Below, piece by piece: positions 41,165-54,780 of a stretch of 64,000 nt of DNA. Numbering within the stretch: position 1 is the stretch's first letter; each line of letters opens with the position of its first letter. Below the pieces are notes generated by a model, which saw only the letters and a list, made by a program, of their open reading frames with translations, did no database searches and had not been told where the DNA came from. The DNA comes from the human T2T-CHM13v2.0 reference genome, Homo sapiens. Both the position numbers and the translations under genes were made by a program. The stretch lies in assembly GCF_009914755.1 (NCBI RefSeq), contig NC_060929.1; one strand, given 5' to 3'.

Positions 41165-43479
41165 GTGGCCGAGAAACGTTTAGAGCAGATAGGCAAACTG
41201 TGCCTCCAGCCCTCACCCATCACAGTGACAGAGGGATGCAAGTGGAAAATCCACCAGCACGGAGCACAGGACAAGGGAGGGCCACCTGCTTGGAGGCCTG
41301 AGGCAAGCAAGTGATAGACAGGGCTACTGAACCCCGGAAAAGTCCAGGGAAATTGAGTCACTTCCATGAGGCCCTAGAGATGGCTGGTGGCAAGGTCAGG
41401 ACTAGAGAACTCAGATTTCCCCACTCCAGCAATGTTGCCACCAGAGCCCACTCCCTCCCACAGGCATGCTCCAGTGCAGCAGGGTCGGCTGACACTGCTC
41501 CGCACATGGTAGCTTCACACAGTAAGTGACTGGCTACCTGGCAAGCCCAGCTTCTCTCTTGCATGGATTTTAGTCCAGGCTGGCAGGGCCTGGGACAAGT
41601 GGATGTTCACTGGTGGAGCTCTTTTCATGCCTCTGAATGGGTATGGGTGGCCATGCTGCCAATCAACCAGTGAGTTGCTGGCATTGTACCCACAATGGTG
41701 AGAAGCTGGGCTGGTAGGGACAGCCCCTGTCACATGGCGAAATCCCATTCTGTGGATTTGAGCTGTCAATAAATTCTCAGACATGCAGGTCAGAGGCAGG
41801 GCCACACAGCATCCTCCAGGAGGAGTGAGGATGAGTCTCCATGCAAAGGTCTCAACTGATTATCTGAGGTGGCAATCACCTTCCAATGGCTAATTGGCTA
41901 AGGATAAACTACTCAGTGGTTAAATCCTACATGTCCGTGCCATGGGATAACAAGATCCTAGCTATCAGTCTCCTTCTATTAGGTTACACGAAGAGACAAC
42001 AGGACTGAAAATTGATGACACAGGCATCCCTTTCAGCTCCCAATAACTTCTCTTTGTTGCTAATTGTATAGTTGTGGTATCTGGCCATTAAGTCATTAGA
42101 ATGAAAGATGCTAAATAGAGCTATGCTTGCATGGAGTCAGATCCATTTTTATTGAGCCTTCTCTTCTGCAGCTTTTCTTGAGATGTGATGTTGATGCTTT
42201 TTATCTACTATTCATCAAGGTTAAGGAAAAAAAAAAATCCTCATCCGTTTTTGACCAGAGTCAATAAAAGCATGTTCAGCAAAACCAATATAATATAGCA
42301 TGGTGTCATTCTTTTATTTAGTTTTTTAAAAATGCTCACGCAGTGGTACATAATCTTGAGCCCTGGTAGAAGTGAGAATTAAAAATATGGAGGCATCTGT
42401 GGTATGACCCCCTGGGTCACAGAACCCCTAAATTTCATGTCCTCCCTTCTCCTGAGTCATAGAGGCTCAATCAGGCTTTTGGAGTCAGCAAAACAAAAAC
42501 CACTCAGTGGCAAAGCCTGCATTATACAACTGACCCAACACCATTAGCATCTCTAGACTTTATACCTGATCTATCTGTTTCATTTTCATCGTATCCAAGT
42601 ACACACACCATACCTTCTTCAAAGCAACAACAGGTATCCTGTATATCTTAATAAGTTTAATAAATGTGAGCAAAGCACAATAAGTCAAATCTGGTGATTT
42701 TTAAAGAATACTTCTGAAGATTCCATTTATCAGAAAATTGTTACCTCTAAATACACCTGCAGAAATATCATTCTTGTTCCATATGGACCACCTTTATTTC
42801 TGCGCATCCTCAACCTCCTTTGGAGAATGTCTTCTGCACGACACCTTGTGTTCATAAGGTAAGTGTCACATTCTAATTAGAAATCAAACATGGGTGGTGG
42901 AGTCTAAATGTGGAATTTAAATTCACTCAAGGTCCAAAAATAGCCAATCATTCCTATCTGAGATTTCTTCCAGGTGCAAGAAAGTGATAAGCGGAGCTCG
43001 ATTCCTCTAATTTGCCTTAAAGAAGAAATTGCAACATTTAAGGATTCCCATCTGGGAAAGCAAAAACTCCAATGTTCTAAACATCCAAGCTTGAACTGAA
43101 ATTGTCACACTCTCTAGTGTTGGCGCAACTCATTCATGGTGTTGGGAGGTCCCCAGACCCTTCTGCTAGGACATCTGTTTCTTAAAACCAGGGCAAATGG
43201 TTAACCCTTCAGGCCCATCCCTCTGGAAAAGGGGAAATACTGAGCTTTTACCTAACGTGGCTGCTTTTTAGATGATGTTCTCCAATCTGAGCCTGGGTGT
43301 GTCTGGACCTGGAGTGCTTTGGTGGTGCTCTGACTCCTCCTAGTCAAGAAATCCAGCTCCTCTCAGGCCAGCCTGTCTGTGGGTTCAGCCCGATATTCTG
43401 AGGAGGGCACAGACTCACTCACTCACTAGTGGGTCAATTACTGCCCATAGGGACCCTCCAGCCTCATAGGAGGCCCCAT

Positions 43480-43890
43480 CCCATCTCTGCCCCTTGCACC
43501 ATATTCCAGCCACACTTCACTGTCTGCGGAAACCCACTACCCCATATGGGGCTCTGTCTGGCCTGGGCTTTCACCTACGCAATTCTCAGTTCAGAATACT
43601 CCCCCTCACTCTCTTGCTTAAGACCGTGGTGTGCTTTCAGTTTAGACATTGCTTGGTCCTAGGCACCCATCCTATCTCTCCATTTTGGGACTTGGGGTTC
43701 CTCCTATATGCTCCTACACACCCCCTTCTTTTCCTCCTGGGCACTTGTGCTGGGCTGCAGTTGCTCACCCACCATGGCACATGGAGGGTAGGAGCCACGT
43801 CTGGATTGGTGACTGCTGTATTTCCAGTCCTTACAGTGTCTGGCTCAAAGCAGGCACTCAACCAATGTTTGTTAAATGACTAAACAACTG
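43480..43890 (+). mobile_element. LINE-2 3' end
   Basis: actgctgtatttccagtccttacagtgtctggctcaaagcaggcactcaaccaatgtttgttaaatgac. Confidence 0.65.
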
Positions 43891-45012
43891 AAAGGAAGGA
43901 AGAAAAGAAAAATAAAAACATAACGACAGACAGATAGGTAGGCACCTTCTTGCCCACAGTCCCCATGGGAGGATTCGCCCTCCAGACCGTTCATGATTTC
44001 ATGATGGTTAGAAGCACTGAGCACAGTTGGGCCACCTGGCTTCTCCAGGGCCCATGACCAATGAAGGCCAGTCCTGGGAGCTCCAGCACCCTCCTTACCT
44101 ACAGCCACCCTGCCTGGCAGTGCCCGGCCCTCTTTGGGGACCATACTGGCCCTCTGTTCTCTCTCTTGCCCAGACATGTTGTGCTCAGACTCAGTTAACT
44201 CTGTTCCATGCAGGGTGATCAAAAAAGGTCTGTTATGTCTTTTCATTTTTTCTCTCTTGCTAGACCAACGTGTGCCCCCAGTGCTGCTCTATCCAGGCCC
44301 TGGCCAGCTTTGAATCAGAGGCCTTGAGCTGCTGGGCCCTGGCTTCCCCTCTCTGAGCCCAGCTATAGCCTGTGGGCTCTCAGGGACCAGGCAGGAATGA
44401 AAGTGAAGTAGGGGCTTCTGCAGGGAGCTGGATGGGCCTGTCCTTGGGGTAACTCACTCTTTCCCCAGATACGTGGTGCTTATTAGCTGTGGGCCCATGG
44501 CACAGGGAATGAGATGAGCAGACACGAGGGCTCAAGCAGCCCCTCACCCACTCCACTAAGCCCATGGCATCTCTCCTTCCAGCTTCCATTTCTGGGGCCA
44601 AGGGAGGAGGGCGAGATGCCAGATTGCTCCTAGCCCCTGTTTAACCCCCACTGTCTCCTACTGCCGCCACTGACCTTGGTGCATAGCCTGTGGAAAGGTG
44701 GAGGCAGCCTCCAAGCTGGGCGCAGATGGAAACACACACCTTGTAGCCAGCATGTGTGAAAATACATTAAGCCCTGCACCTAGCACATAGCACCTCTTGA
44801 AGGGTAAGGACTGAAGACCCAGCAATCCAGACCTGCTTCTGCTCCCAGTGTTTTCACATTCAAGCGAAAGAGCAAGTCTGCCTTCTTTTGGCATGGGAGG
44901 TGCCATTTACTTTCAAAAATCGAGAAGCAGAGGGGCAGCTTCCAGCTAAAAAAGCCTTACTGGTGAGGGTCCATCTATGGGGATTTCCAGGTGAGGGACT
45001 GGCCTGGCTGCA

Positions 45013-45147
45013 GGAGTGCTCCCTCAGATCACTGCTGCGGGGCAGCACAGGCCGGGGAGTGCTCCCTCAGATCACTGCTGCGGGGCAGCACAGGCCGGGG
45101 AGTGCTCCCTCAGATCACTGCTGCGGGGCAGCACAGGCCAGGGAGTG
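45013..45147. repeat. 43-bp minisatellite, 3.1 copies
   Basis: Unit GGAGTGCTCCCTCAGATCACTGCTGCGGGGCAGCACAGGCCGG starts at 45013, 45056 and 45099, with a partial copy at 45142. One mismatch in copy 3. Confidence 0.97.
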
Positions 45148-45873
45148 TGGGTCTGGCCTCGTCTGGGTCACCTATGGGCCGGCTGCCACCCCATCGGCCC
45201 TGCCTGCCCTGACACCTGGCTGCAGTGCTGGGGTATGCTGTCTCACCCAGGCCCTCTGTTCAAGGACTCCCAAGGATCCTTGTGGAACCTGGGGATGAAG
45301 CGCCACTCCTGGGAGCCAGTTGGCCCCACCTGGGAGTCTCTAAGATACCAAGCTGAGAGCAGACTGGGATGGGTAGCTGGGAGTATGCCAGGAGGGGCTT
45401 CAATCGGGGGCTTTCTTCCCCAAAACGTGCACAGGCCCTCCCGGGTCCCCAGGCCTGTGTATTTGCCTGTCAGAGCTGCAGCAATATTTAACAGAGAGAA
45501 ATTCTTGGGGATTATTTAAGTGAGTTTTGAATTTATACTTGAGTTTTAAAGGAGAAAAAAAAAAGACAGTCTTCTTTAAACAACTTCCATGAAAGGTTAT
45601 AAAACACAGATAATTTACATACAGGAGCAGATGGCAGGCTGGGTGCCATTCTAGGCAAACCACGTGTCCCCTGGCAGTTCTTTTTAATGGATACTACAAG
45701 TTTATATGTGGTTTATAAACTCAAGGGCTAGCCATTTCCCCAAGTGATTGATTGTAGGGTATAAAAATGATGGCAGTCATGACCTTCATTTCATCTGAGG
45801 AGACTTCTCCACCCCACCCCTATTTGGGGGCAGCCAGAGCTATTTGAGCCCCACCAAAACCTGCAGGCTCTCG

Positions 45874-46163
45874 GGCCAGGCTCGGTGGCTCACGCCTGTA
45901 ATCCTAGCACTTTGGGAGGCCGAGGCAGGCAGATCACTTGAGGTCAGGAGTTGGAGACCAGCCTGGCCAACATGGCGAAACCCTGTCTCTACTAAAAACA
46001 CAAAAATTAGCCGGGCGTGCTGGCAGGCACCTGTAATCCCAGCTACTTGGGAGGCTGAGGCAGGAGAATCGCCTGAATCCAGGAGGTGGAGGCTGCAGTG
46101 AGCCGAGATCGAACCATGCCACTGTGCTGCAACAGAGCGAGACTCTGTCTTAACAACAACAAC
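45874..46163 (+). mobile_element. Alu (AluS-type) with (AAC)n tail
   Basis: Both arms with a small deletion near the 3' end; tail aacaacaacaac; degenerate TSD ending GCTCTCG. Confidence 0.95.
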
Positions 46164-47166
46164 CCCTCACGCTCTCGTCCACTAGTGGGTTCTGCTGGCT
46201 ACCTGTTCCACACTGTGGGGCTCTCTTCTGCTCCCAACTTGCTGACACTGGCACTCCCCCCACTCCTCCAAGTGTTCTCTTTCGAGTGGTTCCTAACCAA
46301 CTATCAGGAGAGCCTGCCTGGAACACACTGGGGCTCCTCCCTCCCGGGGCCCTCCGCAGGTGGGAATCAGGAGCCGGTCCTCTTTCAGGCAGCCGTATTC
46401 CCACAGCCCAGCCCCCTCCCAAAGTCTACAGCAAAGGTTCCTGTTTCAGCACAGGCCCCTAAGAGGACATGTCTGCACACCGCTGCTCCCTCTTCTGATG
46501 GTGGATCCAGGTTCCAGGCCTCTCCCCGGTCCTCCCCAGCTCTGTGGCTCCACTCATCCTGTCCCCTCTGTGGACCTCAGTCTCAGGCACTCTGACCATC
46601 CATGACTGGGCTGGTGGCTGAGGGGGTTCTGGAGGCAGAGGAAGAGAGCACAGGTCTAGGGTATTCAGACCACAAGTGGCTCCTGTAGGCTGAAGAGAAA
46701 AGACAGCTCCTACAAAGTACATCTTTCAGCTCTTCAGGACCCAGGAGACTGTTCACGGTGGGCTCCCCTGCCGATGCTCTGAGGCCACCCATGTGCTGTG
46801 ATGTCAGGGCAGCAGAAGAGGCAGTAGGAAGAGCAGTGATGCTGATATACAGGAGGACTTGTGTGCCAAGCCCTGGGACAAGCCTCTTGGTGAGGTGTCA
46901 CCACCAGCCTGTGTGACAGCCGGGGAAGTCAAGGCACAGAGTGTGGGCACCACCTGTCCAAGCCTCTATATGGCCAAGTGTCCAGCCCAGGTCACCTGAT
47001 GCCCAAGTCCACCCTTTAAACCACTCTACTATTCTATCTTTTCTTAAGGCCAAACTTTTATCTGATGAATCAGAATAGTACCTGATGCATCTCCCAGAAA
47101 TTTCCAAATCCTGTGCTTTTGAGAAGCACCTGGCTGGCAGATCAGAAAGAATGACCCGCTTCATAA

Positions 47167-47571
<405 letters not shown>

Positions 47572-48424
47572 TAAGATGTCATTTTAGTGCAAGCTACATA
47601 ATCCCACCATTCTGATGGAAATTTCCTAATTTTTCAGCAGAACTCTCCTTTTTTTTTTCTTTCTTGGAACAGATGGCAAGATTTTTTAATTTCAGGTACC
47701 TTCAAGGAGGAAATTGTCATTTCTCCTCTTTGTTTGCATGTGTGAGTACACCATGTTTCACATTTAGCATGAAAGTAGCCGTGGTTTAGTCTTTGCTCAC
47801 ACTTGAGATGCTGAGAACACACTTTAAATTAAGCACTATCAGTAAACAGTGATCATAAAGTAGGAGGAAGATAACATTCCGTTAATTTGCCCCTGCTGAA
47901 ACCATATGCTGCTTCCCTCCCCAGGGCTGCCCTGCCGAATGGTTTCTGTTCACTCTGTAGTCACAGTCATGGCTTCTAGACTTCTCCCTGCACCTCTATT
48001 TTCCACAGGCCCAGGGACCGTCCTCAGTGGCTCAGGAGATCACCAGGCCCAGCACCCACACCGTCTGAAGGAGAGAAACAGGGGGGCCCCCGTATGCTGC
48101 CAGTGGCACAGCCCAGAGTGCAGGTGTGTGGATGGCTCTTTGTAACCCATCCCTTCCAGGTGCCACCCTTGGCTTTTCAATGCGTTCCCTCAGAGCACAT
48201 GATGTCAGGTGTTCCCTGCTCCCGGGGCTCACAGTAGAGGGCACACAGAAGTTAAAGGGCGGTAACAACAAAGTGAACGGCAGCAGTGGGCACTTGCCTC
48301 TGTCAGAGCTCAGCTCACTGTCACTGTCCTCACCATGACACCATTGGGAACACACTAACGTCCCCACTCTCGAGACAGAAGACTGAGGTTGAGAGGTCGC
48401 TGACAGCTCCCAAGGTCAGACAGT

Positions 48425-48533
48425 GCGGCTTCAGAATCCCCAGGGGTGCGGGGGTGGGGGGGGGGCGCTCAGAATTTTCCGCCTTTTGCGCAAACTCCCC
48501 AGATGCTTCTTAAACACAATGAAGTTTGACACC
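48425..48533. mobile_element. MER5-like fragment with expanded G-run
   Basis: tcagaatccccagggg...agaattttccgcctttt..caaactccccagatgcttct...gaagtttgacacc resembles the MER5 right half. Confidence 0.45.
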
Positions 48534-50992
48534 CAAAGGTGATAAGATGGGGTTTTAAATTCAGGTCCCCAAATCTAGTTCTCTTTTGAAGCCACAGCTG
48601 CCACCAATGTTTAGGTAATCAGCTGACTAATTCTCACCCAGATGTTTAATGGCGATTGACTAATTTATACTGGGGAGGTAATTCTGACAACTCCCAGATA
48701 ACATTTCCATTTTAGTGGTAGCCTTCAGGCGCATATATATATATATTATATAGACAGGGGTTGAAAGGGAAGGGAGCATCTCTGCAAACAGCCCCACTCC
48801 TCTGATCCCCTGAAGATGACCCCAAACAAGCGCTGAGTGTTCTACAGAACGATCCGCCCCACGTGCCCCTGTGCCCCTGCGTCTGTGCACACCATAGGCC
48901 TGGGGGGTAGGGTGGCCTCGCCCTGCACTGCCCCTTCGCGCCTCACCTTGAACCTGCTTGCCAGGTGGATTCCTGGCACTGAGATGACCCCGACACCCCT
49001 CTTCAGAACGCTGGGCCTGGTGCCTTGTTTGGGGGACATCTCAACCCCATCATGTGGAGTTCCGTGGCATCAGGCACCACACAGAACCCTTTGGGGTTGT
49101 GAGAGGGAGGCTGGCATGACACTGTCAGCTGAAAGCTAGCAAGGCCAAGGTAAACCATGGCCAAATAGTCTAACACGCGCGGGCCTCTGAAAGGCAGGAG
49201 CTGTGGCTGGGGTTGGGGCCTGGAGACAAGCCCGTGGTTTGGGACCCAATAAAGCAACCAGGAGTGATCTCCATGTGGGGAAAACCTGGAAAACAGACAG
49301 TGACTGAAAGGGCGGATTACAGGGAGAGCCTTCCTCAAGCAACCACCCCAGGCGGGGTCCGAGGTGAGGGGTGAGGTCTGCGTCCCTCCCGTGTTTCAAG
49401 GTCCATCACAGCAGTTCCCAGACTTCTGTCTGAGATGGCGGGTGTTCCCTGTTGGGTGCGCTCTTTTCCTCTCCCTTCCAACACCACTGTGCAATTCATT
49501 TTCCCTGCGGGTCTTTTAAGTATTGGCAAATGCAGGAAATTTTTTAAAAAAATGAAATGGAGGGCAAATTGGATTTCATCCTGAGCAAAAGGAATCTATA
49601 GAATTGATCCCCAGGACCTCTGCTCTTGGGGTCCCACTAGGCCTTTACTGGGGACACACTGTGGTCAGTTGTCTAGCAGAAGTTACAATCCAGGCTTCTC
49701 TTTCTGGGTTTAGGTCAAGTTTGCTTCAGAAATGTGAAAGGGCTTTTGTGTTGGCAGCCCCTGTACAAGTGGCTTTGGAATAGCCACTTACCAGCTGGCT
49801 TTGAAAGAATTCTTTTTGCTAAGAGCTTTACTTAGGTTCCTCACCAAACACAAATACTAGTCTTTCCTCCATCTCCATGCCCAAGGAAAAAACAGCCCAT
49901 GATGCAAACCCACAGCAAGCAAGATGATTTCTATCAGGGGAGACTTTTACAGGCAGACCAGCTGTAGGGTCCATTCTCTTTATGACATGCATTATGGATC
50001 TCCCCAAGAGAAGAAGGCAGAGGAGGTCACCTGAGGGTGAACCTACTGAGCCCAGAGTGATGGGCCCCTCAGGAGCTGGGAGGCTCAGCCAGGACTGTGC
50101 CCTAATGGCTGGGGGAGGCTATGGGCTCCGGCCCTGCTGCTTCCTTTTAGCCATCTGCACACACACCGAGCACTCACGGCCCACAGGGCCCAGGGGAGCT
50201 CTGAGAACCACCACTGGTCTTGTCCATCTTTCATAATTCAGAAGAATCAGGGTTAAAAAAAGTGCATGAGCAATCGACATAATTTATATGTTGCAAGTGG
50301 ACGAGCTGGCATCCTCTCACATCATAAAGTTTAAATAACGGTGGTTTAACACCAGATGTAAGTGCAGCTGTCCTGAGCGGAACGCCATTAACTCCATTAC
50401 AACAGGAGATGGTACTTTTCCCAGTTCGGCATCCCCAGGAAAACATCACACCTGTCATCTTGGTGCCACAAGCAGCTGACTTAATGCAGAGTCTACCGGC
50501 ACCTTTTCAGATCAGATCCATCAGGGAGCTGGAGCATTCACAGAGGAGGGGAGATCAGGGCTGCAGACCAATGGGGGAGAGCCAGGTGATGCCAGCCCTT
50601 AGTACATGCTGGACAAGACCCAGACCCCAGGTGTTCCCAGGTAGCCAGACTCTTCACCCTGGAGGGGGAATGGGGTGAGTGGAGGGAGACAGGGACAGAG
50701 GAGGGAGAGGCATGATGGGAGGGAGGAAAGAAGGGGAACTGGGAGAGGAAGAAGAATGGAGGGAGAGGAAACCAAAAGGATGGGAGTTAGATCTGGGCCT
50801 AAGTAACTCGGAGAAGGAAGCTCTTTCCCAGTTATGGCAAAGTCCCTAGAGGGCAGGTTGAATTGATTTAGGCAGGCAGGGTCTGCACACATTGATTTGT
50901 TCCACCTGCATTGGCTGAGGGTCACTGTTTCCCTTCCAATCAGGAAGCCTTCTGAGGGCCTGCTGTTTACGAAAGGAAAGTTTGAGAATGTT

Positions 50993-51382
<390 letters not shown>

Positions 51383-52224
51383 CTAAGCCAGGGTCCGTGG
51401 AACACTTTGCTGGGTACAGAGCAGCCTCATCTCAGAGATGAGAAACTGAGGCCTGGGGGGAGGGACAGGAACTTCTCCAAGGCTCCTGAGGCATTTGAGA
51501 AGGAAACAGAATTGTTCAAGTTGGGCGGAAGAATTGAATATTTCTGTTTGTCTGGCAACGGATTTGCTGTACCTCTCCACCAAGGGAAGAGAGCATCGAG
51601 ATTGCGCATGAGCTATAGGCACCAAGGTGGCCACAGCCAAAGAGAGAAGGAGCCATTTGTCCTGCTGTCTGCCTGCCTCCTAATGCTTCCCTGTCAGGCA
51701 CTGTAGATGCAGATACAAAAAGTATGGTCCCTCTTCCCCCAGGAGCCCACACCTGGCTGGGGAGATAGACCTGCAGAGTATCTGGGGCTGCCGTGGAGTT
51801 CCACACAGCAGGCTGTTGGGGCACAGAGGATGGAGCCCTCCCAACTTGGCAGAAGAGCCTTGCCAGGAGAAGGAGAAGCTGGCTGCCTGGCCTCACTCCC
51901 ATTGGAAATATAAAAACTCTAGCTGCATGGCAGAGTGTCACTCTTGCCTTTCTGATTACCTGGGGAGAAGCATGTCTAAGAAGATATAGACTATTCTTGT
52001 TGTATCATCCTTTGCTCATATCTCTCAAGTACCAAACCAAACAACTGAATTTTTTAAAGGCGACAAAGGTATTTGTGTTTCACTGAGCAATGAGAGGAAA
52101 ACAATGCAGGAATTCTTAGAGGGATCTGCAGCCAGAGAAATTTTCCTGAGCTAAGAGATTTCTGTGCAGGCAATTTCCACAGGCACTTCTCATTTAAATG
52201 GAAATTCCTCCAGAAACACCACCA

Positions 52225-52435
52225 CCAACAACAGCTAACATCTAGTGCTTTACTAAGTGCTAGGCTCTGAGAGGTGCACATGTATTAACTCATTTAATCC
52301 TCACAACTTCCTTATGAGGTAAGTGCTCGTATTAAATGTACTGTGTAGATGAAGAAATTGAGGCTCAAAGAGGTTAAGCAATCAGTCCAAGATCGCTCAG
52401 GTTGTAAGTAGTAGAGCCAGGATTTGAATCCAGGA
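52225..52435 (-). mobile_element. MIR SINE
   Basis: attaactcatttaatcctcacaac...gatgaagaaattgaggctcaaagaggttaagcaa...gtagagccaggatttgaatccagg. Confidence 0.85.
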
Positions 52436-52724
52436 AAGCAGGAGCTGTGCTTGGGCAGCCCCAGTGGATGCTCTTCCAGGGACCCCAGGCAGCTGAGTGG
52501 AGTGTCCTGTTGCTATTCCTGCCAGAGAGAACACACATGGCACAGCTCTGCTGTTCTCAGACTACATCTAAAAGACAGGATGATGACAGTTCTTTATTGC
52601 AGGCGCACTCTGTGCAGTGTCCCATTTAGTCAGAGTCCTACCAACAACTCTATGAAGCAACTGAGGCACAGCAGTGAAGTCACTTGTTGGAGGTTATACA
52701 AATGGTGCATTATGAACTTGAATT

Positions 52725-52796
52725 CAATATCAGTGCCTAGAACAATGCCTGTGCACATACAGGCTCAAAAATGAATGAATGAATGAATGAATGAAC
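52725..52796 (+). mobile_element. LINE-2 3' terminus with (GAAT)n tail
   Basis: cagtgcctagaacaatgcctgtgcacatacaggctcaaaaatgaatgaatgaatgaatgaatgaa. Confidence 0.7.
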
Positions 52797-52980
52797 AGAT
52801 GAGTGACTCCAGATCCAAGCCCAGGCCACCCCTCAGTGTGCCATACTGTATCTTCTATGTCACTCTTCTTCTACATCCAACGACAACACAGACAGTGAGA
52901 AGGCAGTAACAGAACATGGAATTTTTTCTCCTTCCTGAAGGGCCCCATTCATGCCACCTTCTCTTGAAGTCTGTAGTTCT

Positions 52981-53010
52981 TCATCATCACCATCATCATC
53001 ATCATCATCA
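52981..53010. repeat. (TCA)n microsatellite
   Basis: tcatcatcaccatcatcatcatcatcatca. Confidence 0.9.
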
Positions 53011-54654
53011 TAATTCCCACGGTCTTCATATGACATCTGAGTGTACACAGACTGCATAATAGCTTTTCCAAGATCTTGTATTCAGACTAGATGAACTTCT
53101 GAGTGGATGCTCCCACCCCCAGGCAATGGAACCTGTCCCTGGGAGTAGCACTTCACTACACCTGGGCAGAGGGGCCTCACATAGGGACCTATGCTGTCTT
53201 ATCTTGGGCTATCTCAAGGCAAGTCCCTCCTGGACCCAGGCCAAGGAGCTGGGGACCAATATCTGCCTGAGCTTAGACCTTGGGGCCAGCCCTGACTCTT
53301 GCCCACCCAAGGCTGTCAACTTGGAGAAGGAAATGGAAGAGAAGGAACAAGCCACCTTCTTAGAAACCTCCTAGTGGGTCTGTGGCTGGGAGCCACAGCA
53401 CGCCCCAAGCAAGGGCACTGATCCCCATGAAGGGCCACCATGTCCAGCACGGAGTTGGTGTCCAATAAGGACTCTTAGGTCATCTCATGACTAATCAGGA
53501 AGAGGGGGCCAGGTTGAGGGGATGGAGGCTTTGGAGGAACAGTGGCTGCCCAGCCTCTAAGGCAGTGTTTTCACAGTCCTGAAAACATTACAGCATTTTT
53601 ATATTTCCTAAGAAGTGGAAACAACTAAGTTGGGTTGGGATGAGGCATCCCAGCAACACAGCAGCTGTCAGAAGAGAAGCACAAACCATTCTCAGCAATA
53701 TAAATATCACATTTCCTCCTCAATCAGCGAGTTTTAATTTATTTATCTAGCTGAGCCATGATGGACACAGTCTGCCCAAATATATTACATGAGGATAATG
53801 CAATCTCTTATCCAGAAAACCACCATATTATAGATACTATCACGCTACTTTCTCAAAAGCATTTGGTACCCTAGCAACCAAAAAAGAAAAAAAAACAACA
53901 ACAACTAGGACATAAAAATTACATTGCATCTGCAATACTTTGTTGAAATTGGTTTTGCAATAAAGCATGTATTGTAAAAACAAAGGTTTAATGATATATC
54001 AGTTTGGTGAAAATCTGAGTACAAAGCAAAAATACCTACATCTGAGTAAAGTTGCAGAGCTTTTAAAAATGAAACTTGGCAAGGAAATCCTGGACAAGCT
54101 TCAGCTGGAAGGGTGCTGGATTTTAATTTTTTCTGAATGGTGGGTTTGCACCAGCGATACCCCTTCCTCCACACACAACTTCGGCATCAATCCTGAATCT
54201 GAACCTTCAGCAGCAGTCGCTGGATCTCATAAGCTCACAGAGGTGGCAGATGGCTGCCTGGACATAGAAACTATTTGTCAAGAAAGGAAAATATCTCTGC
54301 CCTCAAAGGCGGCATTTCTCTCACCATGGAATCACACGTTAGCTGGGAACATTTGAAGGGAATTCATGAGGCAGCCGAGCGCGAGTCACGATGGCTGCCC
54401 CGCTCTGTGATAAGCCACCACCCACATTCTGTTGACCTAGAATTTGTCTGTTCTGAATACCACACAAAGTTTGCCAGTCACCCTCTGGGGCTTGAAGGCT
54501 CTTTTTCTTTTCTGTGGGGGGTGGTCCCTCAGCAACCAGACCAGGCCTGCAATTTCTGAGACCCCAAGATGTGTGGGCTCCTAAAGCATTCTCTCCTATC
54601 ACAGGGGTCTCCTCATGGCATTTCATTTTAGAGTTTTCTCTGTTGACAATCTCC

Positions 54655-54780
54655 TTCACAAACTGAGATCGCCTTGAGGGCAGGGCCTTGTCTTGTTGAC
54701 TCGGTGCCCCACTCCCAGCCCAGTACTTGGTGCAGAGTAGCCCTCACTCAACATGGGTTGGTTAAATGAAGGCATGAGTG
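54655..54780 (+). mobile_element. LINE-2 3' end
   Basis: ccttgagggcagggccttgtcttgttgact...cccagcccagtacttggtgcagagtag...ttggttaaatgaa. Confidence 0.65.

Noticed and set aside
45013-45147. CRISPR-like array of palindromic direct repeats
   Set aside because: The units are contiguous with no unique spacers, there are no cas genes, and the context is a mammalian intron. It is a minisatellite.
50670-50790. Purine-rich tract with possible triplex potential
   Set aside because: Interrupted and lacking clear mirror symmetry; treated as low-complexity sequence.
52860-53057. Acidic poly-Asp ORF suggesting a processed pseudogene
   Set aside because: The acidic run is just the (TCA)n microsatellite. 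No parent protein was recognised and there is no poly(A) or TSD.
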